Part shown: in pieces, positions 21,847-32,500 of the stretch
Numbering within the stretch: the stretch's first letter is position 1
How the letters are laid out: each line of letters begins with the position of its first letter
Source: an uncultured Gemmataceae bacterium
GTDB lineage: Bacteria > Planctomycetota > Planctomycetia > Gemmatales > Gemmataceae
NCBI GenBank assembly: GCA_963750165.1
Contig: CAVVPN010000003.1
Location: forward strand, 2,944,001-3,008,000
Direction: 5' to 3'
DNA: 64,000 bases
Translations under genes and position numbers: made by a program
The notes under the pieces: model-generated
The model's input: only the letters and a program-made list of their open reading frames with translations
What the model was told of the DNA's origin: nothing
The model's database searches: none

Positions 21847-24272
21847 TCACAGCCACCAGCTCAGCAGCCAGCTCAGCAGTCCGCCCTTACCGCCTTTCGG
21901 CCCGGCCAACGAGCCCTTGGTCGAGGGCGGTTGCACGGACGCCGTCGGCCTGGGAGGCAGCACCGGTTTGGTCTCCCCGGCGTCGGGCTCGGGGTCCGCC
22001 TTGTAGTAGCCGTCGCCGTCCTCCTCCTCGGTCTCCTCGTAGCTCTCGGTGTAGTCGTATCGCTCGGCGCTGTAGAGGCCGGGGCCGCCCTGGCGGGTGA
22101 TGCCGTTGACCACGACGCCGAAGACCTTGACGCCCAGGCTGCTCAGGATTTCGCGGGCGCGCTCCGCCTTGGGCCGGGCCTCGCGCGTCAGGCGAATCAC
22201 CAGGAACAGGCCATCGACGCGCGCCGCCACCACGCACGGATCGGTGACCGCCAGCAGCGGCGGCGTGTCCACCAGCACATAGTCGTAGGCGTCGCGCAGG
22301 CCGTCGAGCAGTTCCTGGAAGCGCGGCGTCGTGAGCAGTTCCGCGGGGTTGGGACGAACCGGCCCGGCCGGCAGCAGGTCCAGCCCCGGGACGCAGGACC
22401 GTTGCACTGCCGCCTCGAGTTCGACCTCGCCGGCGAGCACGTTGGTCAGGCCGACGGGGGCGGACAGACCGAAGATCTTGTGCTGCCGCGGCCGCCGGCA
22501 GTCCGCGTCGATCAGGATGACCTTCTTGCCCGACTGGGCGATAGACACGGCCAGATTGGCGATCATCAGGCTCTTGCCGTCGCCCTTGGTCGGGCTGGTG
22601 ACCTGGATGATCTTGCGGCCCTCGTCCTGGGTGCTGAAGAACAGGGCGGTGCGCACGGCCCGGTAGGACTCGGCCTCGACCGACATGGAGTTGTAGTGCG
22701 AGACCAGCAGTGGGTCGGCGGTCGCCTCGCCGGCAGCGACCTGGCGGACCGCCTCGGCGTTCGGCTTGAGGAACGGGATGTGGCCGACCAGCGGCAGCCC
22801 GAGCCGCAGCCGCACCTCCTCGGAACTACGGAAGCCGCGGTCGGAGTACTCCGCCAGGTACGCCAGGCCGACGCCCGCGAAGCCGCCCAGGAAGAACCCC
22901 GCCAGGAGCGTCATCATCAGGTTCGGCGCCACCTGGCCGCCCGGGCCCGGCCGCGACAGCACCTGGGCGTTGAAGCCACCGACATCCTTGGTGAGGCTCA
23001 TCTCGGTCAGCCGCTTGACCGTGGCCTTGTGCAGATCCTCCAGCTGGACGATGTTGCGCGCAGATGCGACTCCTCCGCCTCCAGACTGCTCATCGCCCGG
23101 GCTTCCTTGTTGAGGTCGTTCAGGACTTCTTCCAGCGATTTGTGCAGGGCCGTCACTCGCCCCAGTTCGTGCCGCAGCGTGGCCAGGTAGCGCTGCACGG
23201 GGTCCAGGGGTTGGCTGTCCGCCTGGTCCCCCTTGCGGTGGGTGCCCTGGGACTTCTCGTACAGTTCCTTGAGTTTCTCCATCTGGCGGGTGACCGAGAT
23301 CACGGCGGGGTGGTCGTCGCTGTAGCCCTGCTCGGTCCGCAGTTTGATTTCCTGCTGGCGGAGGGGCCACAGAATCTCGTCCAGGCTTTTCTGCTCCCCG
23401 GCGGCCGTCTTGCCCTCGTTCAGGTTCTGCGTGGCCACCACCAGGGCCTCCCGGTAGCGCTTCGCCTTGAGATCCTCCTCCAGCGCCGTGATCTTTCCGC
23501 GCAGTTCCGCCCGGCTCTTCAACAGCACTGTGCGCTGGCTTTCGATTTCGTGGAACCGCTCCTGGGGGATGCTGACTCCGTCCTTGTTCAGCCACAGCTG
23601 GTGATTGTTTTTCCGGAAGATTTGATACTTGGTCCGGGCTTCGTCCAGGTCCTTTCTGAGGTGCTCGCGGGCCTGGGTGATGAGGTTGAGCGTCTGGTCG
23701 TTGGCACTGAGGTAAGCCTGATCGAGGAACTCGCGGTAGGTTTCGATCAGGGCGTTGAGGACACGCGGGCAGTCGTCCGACACCGGGCCCTTGAAGGACA
23801 TGTTCAGGATGTTGCTGGGGCCGGAGGAACCGTCCTTGGGGTTGTCCCGGGCGACGAACAGGCCCGCGGCGATGGCCCCCACGGGCTCGCGGTTCTCGAA
23901 CGACTTGAGCGTGTGCAGCTCAAACTTCTTGACGGACTTCTCGATAATCAGCGGACTCTGAATCAATTGCACGTGCGTGGCCAGGTAGTCCTCCATGAAG
24001 GCGGCGCCCGGGTTGGTGCCGAAGATGGGCAGCATCCTGTCGTGGTTTTTCTTGATGACCAGCACCTTCGCGCCGGTCTGGTAGACCGGCGCTTGCTGGC
24101 TGAAGAACAGCGCGCCGATCACCAGGCCGGCCGCGGCCCCGATGACGATAAGGGCCTTGCGCCGCCACAGAATCTGCCCCAGGCCGCGCGACAGGGACGC
24201 GGCGTTCGCGGGCGGGGCTTCGTCGTCCGACCACTGCTCGGAGTGTGCCACGGCGTTTCCTTTCGGGACCAC
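21847..24272 (-). CDS. Polysaccharide co-polymerase / BY-kinase (Wzc-like), apparent frameshift at ~23060
   Basis: N-terminal Wzz-like part (LWRRKALI...PVYQTGAKVLV, coiled coil) in ORF 23007..24272. TM plus ESYRAVRT, Walker A PTKGDGKS, IDADCRRP, VDTPP and a Tyr-rich tail in ORF 21847..23595. Confidence 0.88.
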
Positions 24273-24305
24273 GGGGACCGTGCGAATCGGGGTGAGTGCA
24301 ACGGC

Positions 24306-25793
24306 TCAGGCCGGCTCCGCAACCAGGGCGGCAGCGGCGGGGGAACTGCCACAGGCCAAACTGGCGATGACGCTCTCAAAATCCTCGACCGCCCGGGTGA
24401 TCGTGGCGATCTTGGCCCACACCGGTTGGCTGTCCGGCAGGCCGGCGAGTTCCAGCCGGCCGACGATGCTGCCCAGCGCGGTGATCGGGATGGCGGCCCG
24501 CCACAGGCTCGGCACCTCGCCGTCCTCGTGGGCGCGGTCCCAGCGGGCGTGATAGCCCTCATGCAGGGCCGGGGCGTTCACGTCCAGGCACAATTGCTGC
24601 AAATTCAACTGCTCGGCCGCCGCGGTCAGTGTCGTCCACAGTCCGCGCCAGTCGGCGTTGCCCTGCAACCGCACCTCCAGTTGGCGGGCCCGGCCGTGGA
24701 TGCTGGGGCTGAACAGCACACGCCCGAAGGCCAGCAACCGCGTCTTGACCAGCAGCGCCTCGGCGTGGCCGAACAGCCGCGTGGTCAACAGGATGCCGAT
24801 CACCGCCAGGCCCGTGACCAGGGCGATCCACTCGTTGTTGAACGCCTGGCTGGCGAGCACACTCAGGCCGGTGACCAGGCAGAACCCCGACACCAGCAGC
24901 AGCACCGCCCACACCGACATCCCGCGACGCAGCAGGCAGTGGTGCAGGTGGCCGCGGTCGGTGGCGTAAATGCTGCGGCCGGTGAGTTTGCGACGCAGGA
25001 TGGCGGCCGCCGTGTCCGCGATGGGCAACGTGAGCAGCACCACCGGCAGGGCCAGGGCGATGGTGGCCGGGGCCTTGAGCGAACTCTGGATGGCCAGGGT
25101 GCCCACTACCAGCCCGATCAACATGCTGCCCGAGTCGCCCAGGAAGATGCTCGCCGGCGGCAAGTTGTAGCGGAGGAAGCCGAGCAGGCCGCCCGCCAGC
25201 GCGCTGGCCACGGTCGCCGCGGCCCAGTGGCCGGCCAGGGCCGCCATCGCCGCCAGGGCCAGGCAGATGATGCCGGCCAGGGTGCCCAGCAGCCCGTCCA
25301 TGCCATCAATCAGGTTCAGGGAGTTGACCGCCCCCAGCAGCAGGAAAGCGGTGAAGGGCACGGCCAGCAGCCCCAGGTCGGTGCGGTAGCCGAACACCTG
25401 GATGTGCTGGACCAGCACCCCAGCGCCGATGAGCACGCCGACCGCCAGGCACTGGCCGACCAACTTGTGCCGGCCGCGTAACCGGCCGAGATCGTCCGCC
25501 ACGCCGACCGCACAAATGATCGCCACCGCCAGGAACAACCCCAGCAGAAACGGGGCCTGTGCCCGCAGCGCGTCCTGGTGTTCGTGGGGCACGAGCAGGG
25601 CGCCGGCCAGGGTAAGCGTGGTCGCGGCCAGGATGGCCAGGCCGCCGGCCAGGGGGACAGCACGGGCGTGGATTTTCCGCCGCCCGTCGGGGCGGTCCAC
25701 CAGGCCGAAGCGCTCGGCCAGGACGCGGACGGCCGGCACCAGAACCAGGCACAGCAGACAACTCGATCCCAGGATGTAGAGCAACGCGGTCAT
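24306..25793 (-). CDS. MraY/WecA-family polyprenyl-phosphate sugar-1-phosphate transferase with C-terminal extension
   Basis: VDRPDGRRKIH...PLAGG, GVADD, NSLNLIDGMDGL, IFLGDSGS, DRGHLHH. Confidence 0.92.
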   Translation of the reverse strand: MTALLYILGSSCLLCLVLVPAVRVLAERFGLVDRPDGRRKIHARAVPLAGGLAILAATTLTLAGALLVPHEHQDALRAQAPFLLGLFLAVAIICAVGVADDLGRLRGRHKLVGQCLAVGVLIGAGVLVQHIQVFGYRTDLGLLAVPFTAFLLLGAVNSLNLIDGMDGLLGTLAGIICLALAAMAALAGHWAAATVASALAGGLLGFLRYNLPPASIFLGDSGSMLIGLVVGTLAIQSSLKAPATIALALPVVLLTLPIADTAAAILRRKLTGRSIYATDRGHLHHCLLRRGMSVWAVLLLVSGFCLVTGLSVLASQAFNNEWIALVTGLAVIGILLTTRLFGHAEALLVKTRLLAFGRVLFSPSIHGRARQLEVRLQGNADWRGLWTTLTAAAEQLNLQQLCLDVNAPALHEGYHARWDRAHEDGEVPSLWRAAIPITALGSIVGRLELAGLPDSQPVWAKIATITRAVEDFESVIASLACGSSPAAAALVAEPA

Positions 25794-26090
25794 CTCGAAA
25801 AATCCTCCCCGCGAATCCGAACCAGTCTGACGGGTAGCGCACCCCTGCGGGCTGGCGCCGGCCAGGTCAGACGGAGAGGCAGTCGGGGGTTCGGTGGCCT
25901 GTCGGTTGCGAGCGTGAGGGACGCTGGACCAGGCGATTACATTCGGGGCGGTTGCCGCGCGGACTCCGTCCCCGTCGGTTGCACAGCCTGCGCGACCGAT
26001 CGGCGATCTCTCTCTGGGCTACGGTTGCAAGACGGCTGGAAATCAGGCGATCAACAACAGCGGCAGCGATTCGTCTCAGGGCAGATCAGC

Positions 26091-26654
26091 TCAGTCGAAC
26101 ACTTTCACCAGTCCCACGTCGTCCAGCAGCACGGAGGCGCCGCGCTGGATGAAATCCACGCGCACGAGAAACCGCCGGCCCGAGACGGACTGGATGATGG
26201 TGCCGCGCAACCCGGTCAGGGGACCGCTGCGGATTTCCACGGGCGTCCCCGGCAACAGCTGCCCTTCGGGCGTCAGTGGCGCACCGCTGGCGATCAACCG
26301 CTGGATTTGCCAGAGGTCGCGCCAGAGGCCCTCCTGGTCGTTCACCTCAAGCGCTTGCACGACCCGGCCCGTGTTGAGGGCCGCCAGGCGTTCCTCGCGG
26401 GTTCCGAGCAGGAACAGGTAACCGGGGAACAGGGGTAGATGGGAGAGGACGGTGCGGGAGCGCACCCGAACCTGCCGCGCAATCAGCGGCAGAAAGAACG
26501 GCATCTCGCCCGTGTGCAGGTGGTGAGCCAGGCGTTTTTCCTGGCGCGGGCGGGTGTGCAAGGCCCACCAGGAGCGCTCGGCCAGCTCCAGCGGTCGGAC
26601 CTCGTCGAACAGGAACTCCGGATAGAGTGCGGGTTCGGCGGCCAATATAGGCAT
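26091..26654 (-). CDS. NusG/RfaH/UpxY-family transcription antitermination factor
   Basis: WWALHTRPRQEKRLA, PLFPGYLF, KOW-like GTPVEIRSGPLTGLRG. First gene of the EPS operon. Confidence 0.9.
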   Translation of the reverse strand: MPILAAEPALYPEFLFDEVRPLELAERSWWALHTRPRQEKRLAHHLHTGEMPFFLPLIARQVRVRSRTVLSHLPLFPGYLFLLGTREERLAALNTGRVVQALEVNDQEGLWRDLWQIQRLIASGAPLTPEGQLLPGTPVEIRSGPLTGLRGTIIQSVSGRRFLVRVDFIQRGASVLLDDVGLVKVFD

Positions 26655-27083
26655 CACTGCATCCCTGGTGTAAATTCATCGGTGAAGCACAAACACACGG
26701 CAGGTCGAGCGGTGGGAAGGCGAAGCTGCGTTACTCGGACTCGAAGCTCCGCTTCGCACCATCCCCCACCCCATGGAAATATATCCAGAAAGGGGGAACT
26801 GGGTAGTGGGAGGAAATCTAACCGCCCCATGTGAAGCCCGAATGCCAGAAATGTGAAAAATTCGTGAAGGCCAACGCTTCCCTAAATCAAGGATCAATAC
26901 GCCCGTTCACATACAACAAATGCCCACTTCTTTGGCCGCAGAGACGGTAGCGGTTTCCACAATCACTGCCAATTTTGTTAATTTTCCTCACAATCTTCAT
27001 CCAGGCAGCGACCGGGCCGCGTATCATACCCCCTTGACATTTTTTTCATACCACTGGGTGGACATCCCATGAGGAGGGCCGCG

Positions 27084-28039
27084 ATGAGAAGGACCGGCTT
27101 CACGCTGATTGAGTTGTTGGTGGTGATTGCCATCATCGCCATCCTGATCGGCCTGCTGCTGCCCGCTGTCCAGAAGGTCCGCGAGGCCGCCACCAATTCG
27201 CAGTGCCGCAACAACCTGCACCAGCTGGGCGTGGCGGCACACAACTACCACGGCGTCTACAAGCGCTTCCCGCCGGCGGTGAACCTCCCCCCCAAACGGC
27301 CCCTGCCGGCTGGCCGGTAGCCCCCCTGGGGTCGAACCGGTGGACCAACTTGCACATCCTCCTGCTGCCCTACATCGAGCAGGACAACCTCGTGGGCACC
27401 GGGTTCGTCGATAACATCGCCAACCCCCAATACACCAACTGCGCCACACCGAACTCGCTCGGCGCCCAGGTGGTGAACGCCTACATCTGCCCTGCGGAAA
27501 GTCTGCTGCCCCCCTACACCGGCGTCTACAGCGGCGCGACCTTCGCCCTGACCACCTACGGCGGTTGCTCGGGCACTTCGGCGACCAACCCGGGCGGCAA
27601 CACGAGCGGAACGATGAACCTGCAGAACGGCGTCTTCTTCATCAACAGCAGTGTGCGCCTCACCGACATCCGCGACGGCACCAGCCAGACGTTGATGTTC
27701 GGCGAGCGCTCCCGGCTGAACCTGCCCGCGACCAGCACTTCCGAGGTGCTCGGCGGCTGGGCATGGGTCAACGCCTACGCCCTGGAAGACAACTGCATGA
27801 ATACGTCGTCCCCCATCGAAGGCGGTCAGGGGTGCAACCCGACGACTTACCTCTGCCCGGACGGGGTCACGCGTGACCTCAATCAGTTCGGCAGCCAGCA
27901 TTCCGGCGGCAACACCACCAACTTCTGCTTTGCCGACGGCTCGATTCACACCCTGCAGAAGTCCATCAGCATCGTTGTTTACCAGCAGCTCTCGGCCATC
28001 AAGGACGGGAATGTGGTGGACCCGACCCAATATGATTGA
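27084..28039 (+). CDS. DUF1559 prepilin / H-X9-DG protein, apparent frameshift in C7 run (27287-27293)
   Basis: [14 protein letters not shown]... in ORF 27069..27320. [15 protein letters not shown] and FGSQHSGG...FADGS in ORF 27203..28039. Adding one C fuses the two. Confidence 0.88.
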
Positions 28040-28478
28040 CCCGCGCCGCACCGCGACCCTGATTTCGGGTCTCGTCCTGTTCGGGCTCCTGGCCGGTTGC
28101 TCCGGTCAGCAGCCCGAATTGGCGGAGGTGCGCGGCAAGGTCACCCTGAACGGCGCGCCCTTGAAAGACGTGATGGTCGTCTTCTACCCCGACACGGAAG
28201 TGAACGCCAGGGGGCAGGTCTTCCGCGGCAAGACGGACGCCACGGGCGCCTACACCCTGACCACCGCGACCGGCCAGCCCGGCGCGATGGTTGGGAAATA
28301 TCGCGTGATCGTCCAGGTGCCCACGCCCGAACGACCCCCGAACTGGGAGAAGTCCACCACGCCGACGCCCAAAGTCGTGGCGATCCCGCTGAAATACACC
28401 GTCGTGAGCGACACACCGCTCCGCGTCGAGATCAAACCAGGCGGATCCCAGACCATCGACTTGCCGCTGCAACCGTAG
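28032..28478 (+). CDS. DUF1559-associated lipoprotein
   Basis: LLAGC lipobox, VRGKVTLNGAPL, GKTDATGAYTL, GKYRV, IPLKY...TPL. Confidence 0.82.
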   Translation: MIDPRRTATLISGLVLFGLLAGCSGQQPELAEVRGKVTLNGAPLKDVMVVFYPDTEVNARGQVFRGKTDATGAYTLTTATGQPGAMVGKYRVIVQVPTPERPPNWEKSTTPTPKVVAIPLKYTVVSDTPLRVEIKPGGSQTIDLPLQP

Positions 28479-28498
28479 CTGACCGCCTGAGGCGTTTG

Positions 28499-28573
28499 GC
28501 GAGCGGCGCGGCGTCAGGCCGCCGTGTGCGCCAGGTGCTGGCGCACACGGCGGCCTGACGCCGCGCCGCTCGC
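28499..28573. repeat. REP-like palindrome, family A
   Basis: 36-bp perfect stem with 3-nt loop. Compensatory C-G to G-C swap relative to the 20937 copy. Confidence 0.85.
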
Positions 28574-28588
28574 TTAAACCGAAACGCC

Positions 28589-28626
28589 AGGGGCCTCCCG
28601 CGATCCGTAGACCGCGGGAGGCCCCT
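28589..28626. terminator. Hairpin downstream of PEP-CTERM gene
   Basis: AGGGGCCTCCCGCG / CGCGGGAGGCCCCT inverted repeat. Confidence 0.55.
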
Positions 28627-28654
28627 TGATGTTTTCAGCAGTCCGGGGAGAGGG

Positions 28655-29314
28655 TCACTCGGCGGCCGCCGGCGTTTGCTTGCGGGACCAGCGGCGGCGC
28701 AGCACGCCGGCACCGAGGCCCGCCGCGGCCAGGCCGCCCAGCAGCAGTGACCCCGGCTCGGGCACGGCGGTGACGGTGATGACCGCGCTGGAGTTGGCGA
28801 TCATGCCGTCGAGCACCGTGCCGTCATTCAGCACGTTATTGTCGAACGGCGCCGGGTGCGGCTGCGCCGTCAGAGTCACCGTCGTGCCCGCCGACACCCC
28901 CGTGAAGTTGAACGTCCCCAGCAGCACCGCTCCCGTGTTCGGTCCGGTCGTCGGCGCGAACACCGGCCCGCTGGCCACCTGCTGCTCATTCAGGCTGGCC
29001 GTGCCCGTCCCCACGCTCGTCTGACTCGTGTTGAACGCCGGGTTCGGCGTGATCGCCGCCGCGTTCGGCACATTGGCGATCGCCTGGTTGAAGTTCAGGG
29101 CCACGCCGGCGGACGTCAGCCCGGAGGCCGTCAACCCGGTGGCGCCGTTCGTCTGCATCAGGTAGACCTCGACGCTCACCGTCGAGCCCTGCGCGACCGT
29201 GAAGCTGTTCGCATAGGTACCGGTGGAGTCGGCGAACACGAAGGAGTAATCGGCGGCGGCCCGGCCCGGTAGGAGGGTCAGGGCTGCGATCAGGATCACG
29301 GAACGGATGCGCAT
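28655..29314 (-). CDS. PEP-CTERM sorting-domain protein with cohesin-like body
   Basis: Signal peptide MRIRSVILIAALTLLPGRAAA. C-terminal VPEPGSLLLGGLAAAGLGAGVLRRRW (PEP + TM + Arg cluster). Confidence 0.9.
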   Translation of the reverse strand: MRIRSVILIAALTLLPGRAAADYSFVFADSTGTYANSFTVAQGSTVSVEVYLMQTNGATGLTASGLTSAGVALNFNQAIANVPNAAAITPNPAFNTSQTSVGTGTASLNEQQVASGPVFAPTTGPNTGAVLLGTFNFTGVSAGTTVTLTAQPHPAPFDNNVLNDGTVLDGMIANSSAVITVTAVPEPGSLLLGGLAAAGLGAGVLRRRWSRKQTPAAAE

Positions 29315-29437
29315 CAGAAGTATCCTCACGGGGTCAGGAATCTCGGGTCCACACTCACGCAGGCCCGGCCGCCGGCACACTACCGATTTATGGCGCGGGC
29401 TCTTCGGGGTCCAGGCCCCGCTTCGGGCATTTCTTTT

Positions 29438-29483
29438 TGAGCCCGCAGCGCCAGCGAGGATCCCGCGCTGGTGCTGCGGGCTC
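29438..29483. terminator. Long hairpin between giant gene and PEP-CTERM gene
   Basis: TGAGCCCGCAGCGCCAGCG ... CGCTGGTGCTGCGGGCTCA near-perfect inverted repeat ~25 nt past the giant gene stop. Confidence 0.5.
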
Positions 29484-29506
29484 AAGAACATCAAGGCGCT
29501 GCGGTA

Positions 29507-32500
29507 TCACGCGGGCAGTTGCGTGAACAGGCGGTTAATCAGCTGGGTCTGGTCCAGCGTGTTGCCCACGTCGATGTTGCCGTCCTCATTGTAGTCCAGA
29601 TACCACTGGTACGAGTTCAGCGTCGCCGCCGCCCCCGTCGGGTTGGTTACCGCCGTCAGGCCGCTCGTCGGCGCCATGTACGTGAACGTGTTGCCGTTCA
29701 CCGACAGGATCACGAACGAGCCGTTGTACCCCGCCGGCAGACCCACGATATTCACGATCTCGCCCATCAGGAAACCACTCGGCCCGTTGGTCGTGATCGT
29801 CACCGTGTTGTTCGACTCGCTCGCCGCCGTGATCCCCGCCGTCATCCCACTGGTTTCCTGGGTCACGCCGTTCACCGTGCGGAAGTTCGTCGTGTCCACA
29901 CCATCCACCTGCCGCCGCCCCTCCGTGTCGCCGAACAGCCGCCAGAACTCGTCCACCTGGTTGACACCGTTGCCGTTGAGGTTGCCGGTCCCGCTTGTCG
30001 TGCTGCCGCTCATGCCGTTTTTGGCACCGTCCAGCAGCACCGCACTATTGCTGGCGGCGCTGATGTCGGCCACCTTCGTGTTCAGGAAGTAGTTGCCGTC
30101 CACCAAGCCGACCGTCAGCGTGTTGCCGAACTGGTCCAGGTACGGCGTGATGAAGTTGAACGTGTGCGTCGCGTCGGCGTTGAAGGTGACGAACAGTTGC
30201 GTCGCTCCGCTGTCCGGCACCGGGCCGCTGGCCCCCTCCGTGGTCGCCCCGGTGCCCGGGTCGCTGACGTTGATGCTCAGCGGGTTGCCCGACGCATCCT
30301 TGAGCACGAAGTCGCTCGCCAGATCGACGATGTTCACCGGCGTGCTGAACGTCAGCGTCAGCTCCGCCACCTGCGAGTGCTGGTTGGAACTGTCGTCGTT
30401 CACCGCCACCGTCAACTGCGGCGCCCAGTCGTTCGGCCCGCCGATGCTGTTCAGCGGCTGTCCCGCGAACGCCGTGCTGTTCGGGCTCCCCAGGAAGAAC
30501 ATGCCGCTGCTCGGCGTGCCGGTGACCACGCTGCCCAGCCAGTCGGCGCCGCTGCTGCCGGTGTTCTGGGCGATGCGGCCCACGTAGTTCGCCACCCAGG
30601 TGCCCGTGTTCACCACGTTCGAGCCCGCCAGCGTCGTGCCGGTCGCCCCCGTCGGCTTGAAGGTGATCGCCGCATACGCGTGGCTGGTGCTGGCGCTGTC
30701 CAGGATGCCCACCGAGTCCAGCACGTTCCAGCCGTTGTACGCCGATGTCTGGTTGCTCGGGTTGCCAGTGTTGGCCGGATCAATGTTCGTCGTCGTCGTC
30801 GGCGCCGTCGGCGTCTGAATGAGCAGGAAGCTCTCCGCCCCCGTCAGGATGTCGGTGGCCAGCTGGCCGCTCGGCCGGGTGCTGCCGGTATGCACGCCAG
30901 TGACCGTGCCGAACTTGCTCGTGTTACCGCTGCCGAACCCGACCCCCGTACCGCTGTTGTCCAGCTGGTTGCCACCGGCCACCTCAAAGCCGCCGCTGCT
31001 GTACTTCTCGTTCTTCTGCAGCAGCGCCAGGTAGCCGTTGCTGCCGGTCGTGAAACCGCTCAGGTTGAAGATGTCGGCCACCACACCCGCGGCCGGCGTG
31101 CTGCCCGAGACCCCGTTGATGCCCGTCAGGTACACGCCCGGCGGGATGGTGTAGCTGGGCACCGTCGAGAAGACCTCGATGTACTGGCTGGGGTTGGTCG
31201 TGTTGCCCTTGAGCGTGTCGATCTCACTCAGGAACAGGCCGACCACGGTGATGCTCGTGGAGCGGACATCCGTCAGCGAGCCGCCGTAGCCGCTGTTGCC
31301 GTTGTCGGTGGTGCTCACCGTCAGCGTCGCCGTGCCGAAGAAGCCGGGGCCCGGCGTGTACACCAGGCTGCTGAGCGTGTTCGTGATGTCGCTCGGGCTG
31401 CCGGTGATGACCAGCGGCTGCGTGCCGCCGCCGCTGACCATGGCCTGGCCGCTGGCCGCTGCCGTCAGCGTGCCCACCGGGCCGCTCGAGGTGCCCGCCG
31501 GCGAACCGGTCAGGGTCAGCGTCGTCGTCTCGGGGGAGCCGCTCGCGGTGTAGTCGCTGTCGGTCACGATGATGGCGTCGCCAGTGGCTGACGAGAAGGC
31601 CACGGTGTTGGGCGTAACCGTCTGCAGGCCGGCGTGGGCCGCCGGGTTGAACAGCGCCTCCGGGATGACCGCCGGCACCGGCAGGCTGGCGTAGGGCGGC
31701 TGGTTGGGCTGCACCACGATGTTGAGGTTGCCATCCACGCCGGTCACGAACACGGGGTTGCTGCCGGTGCCCTGCGGCGCCGGCGTCAGCGTGATGGCGC
31801 CGTTGTCGTCGTAAACCGCGGTCGTGGTCGTGGTGTTGTTGCTGTCGGTGTAGGACTGCAGGATGTACAGCGGGATGCTACCGCTGGCCGAGCCATTGAC
31901 CGCGAAGGTGATCTGCAGCACTGCCCCGACCTGGCCGCCGCTGACCGCCGCCTCGTTGGCGGTGAACTCGCTGGTGCGCAGCACGCCGTTGGTGTTATCC
32001 ACGTTGGTGGTCAGGCTGAAGCCCGTCAGCAGGCTGCCGACGGTGACGTTGGTGACCTGCAGCAGCAGCGGGTTGAACTTGATGGCGTTATCGACGGCGG
32101 CGATGTTGAAGGGGACCGGGCCGTTGCTGAAGTTGATGGGGATGGTAACGGTGCCGCCGGCCGTGGCCGTGGTGTTGGCCGGGAAGCCCTCGGTGCCGCT
32201 GTGGCCGACGACGCTGAAGTAGTTGTCCACGTTGGTGACGAAGGGGCTGACGGTGCTGCCGCTCAGGGGCAGGGTGCTGGGGTTCTGCGGCGCCGGCCCG
32301 AGCGTCAGGGCGCTGGTGGCGTTGTAGACGGCGGTGGTGGTGCTGGTGTTGTTGGCGTCGGTGTAGCTGGCGGCCAGCTTGAGCGGCGAGGGGCCGAGCG
32401 GGGCGCTGCTGTTGACGGTGAAGTCGAGGAGGAGCACATCGCCATCGGTGGGGTTGGGAGCCTGCGCCGGGTTGGCGGTGAACTCGCTGACGCGGATGAC

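Noticed and set aside
26943..26954. ops-like GACGGTAGCGGT (also CGGGTAGCG at ~25831)
   Set aside because: Imperfect match and on the strand opposite to the NusG-paralog/EPS operon.
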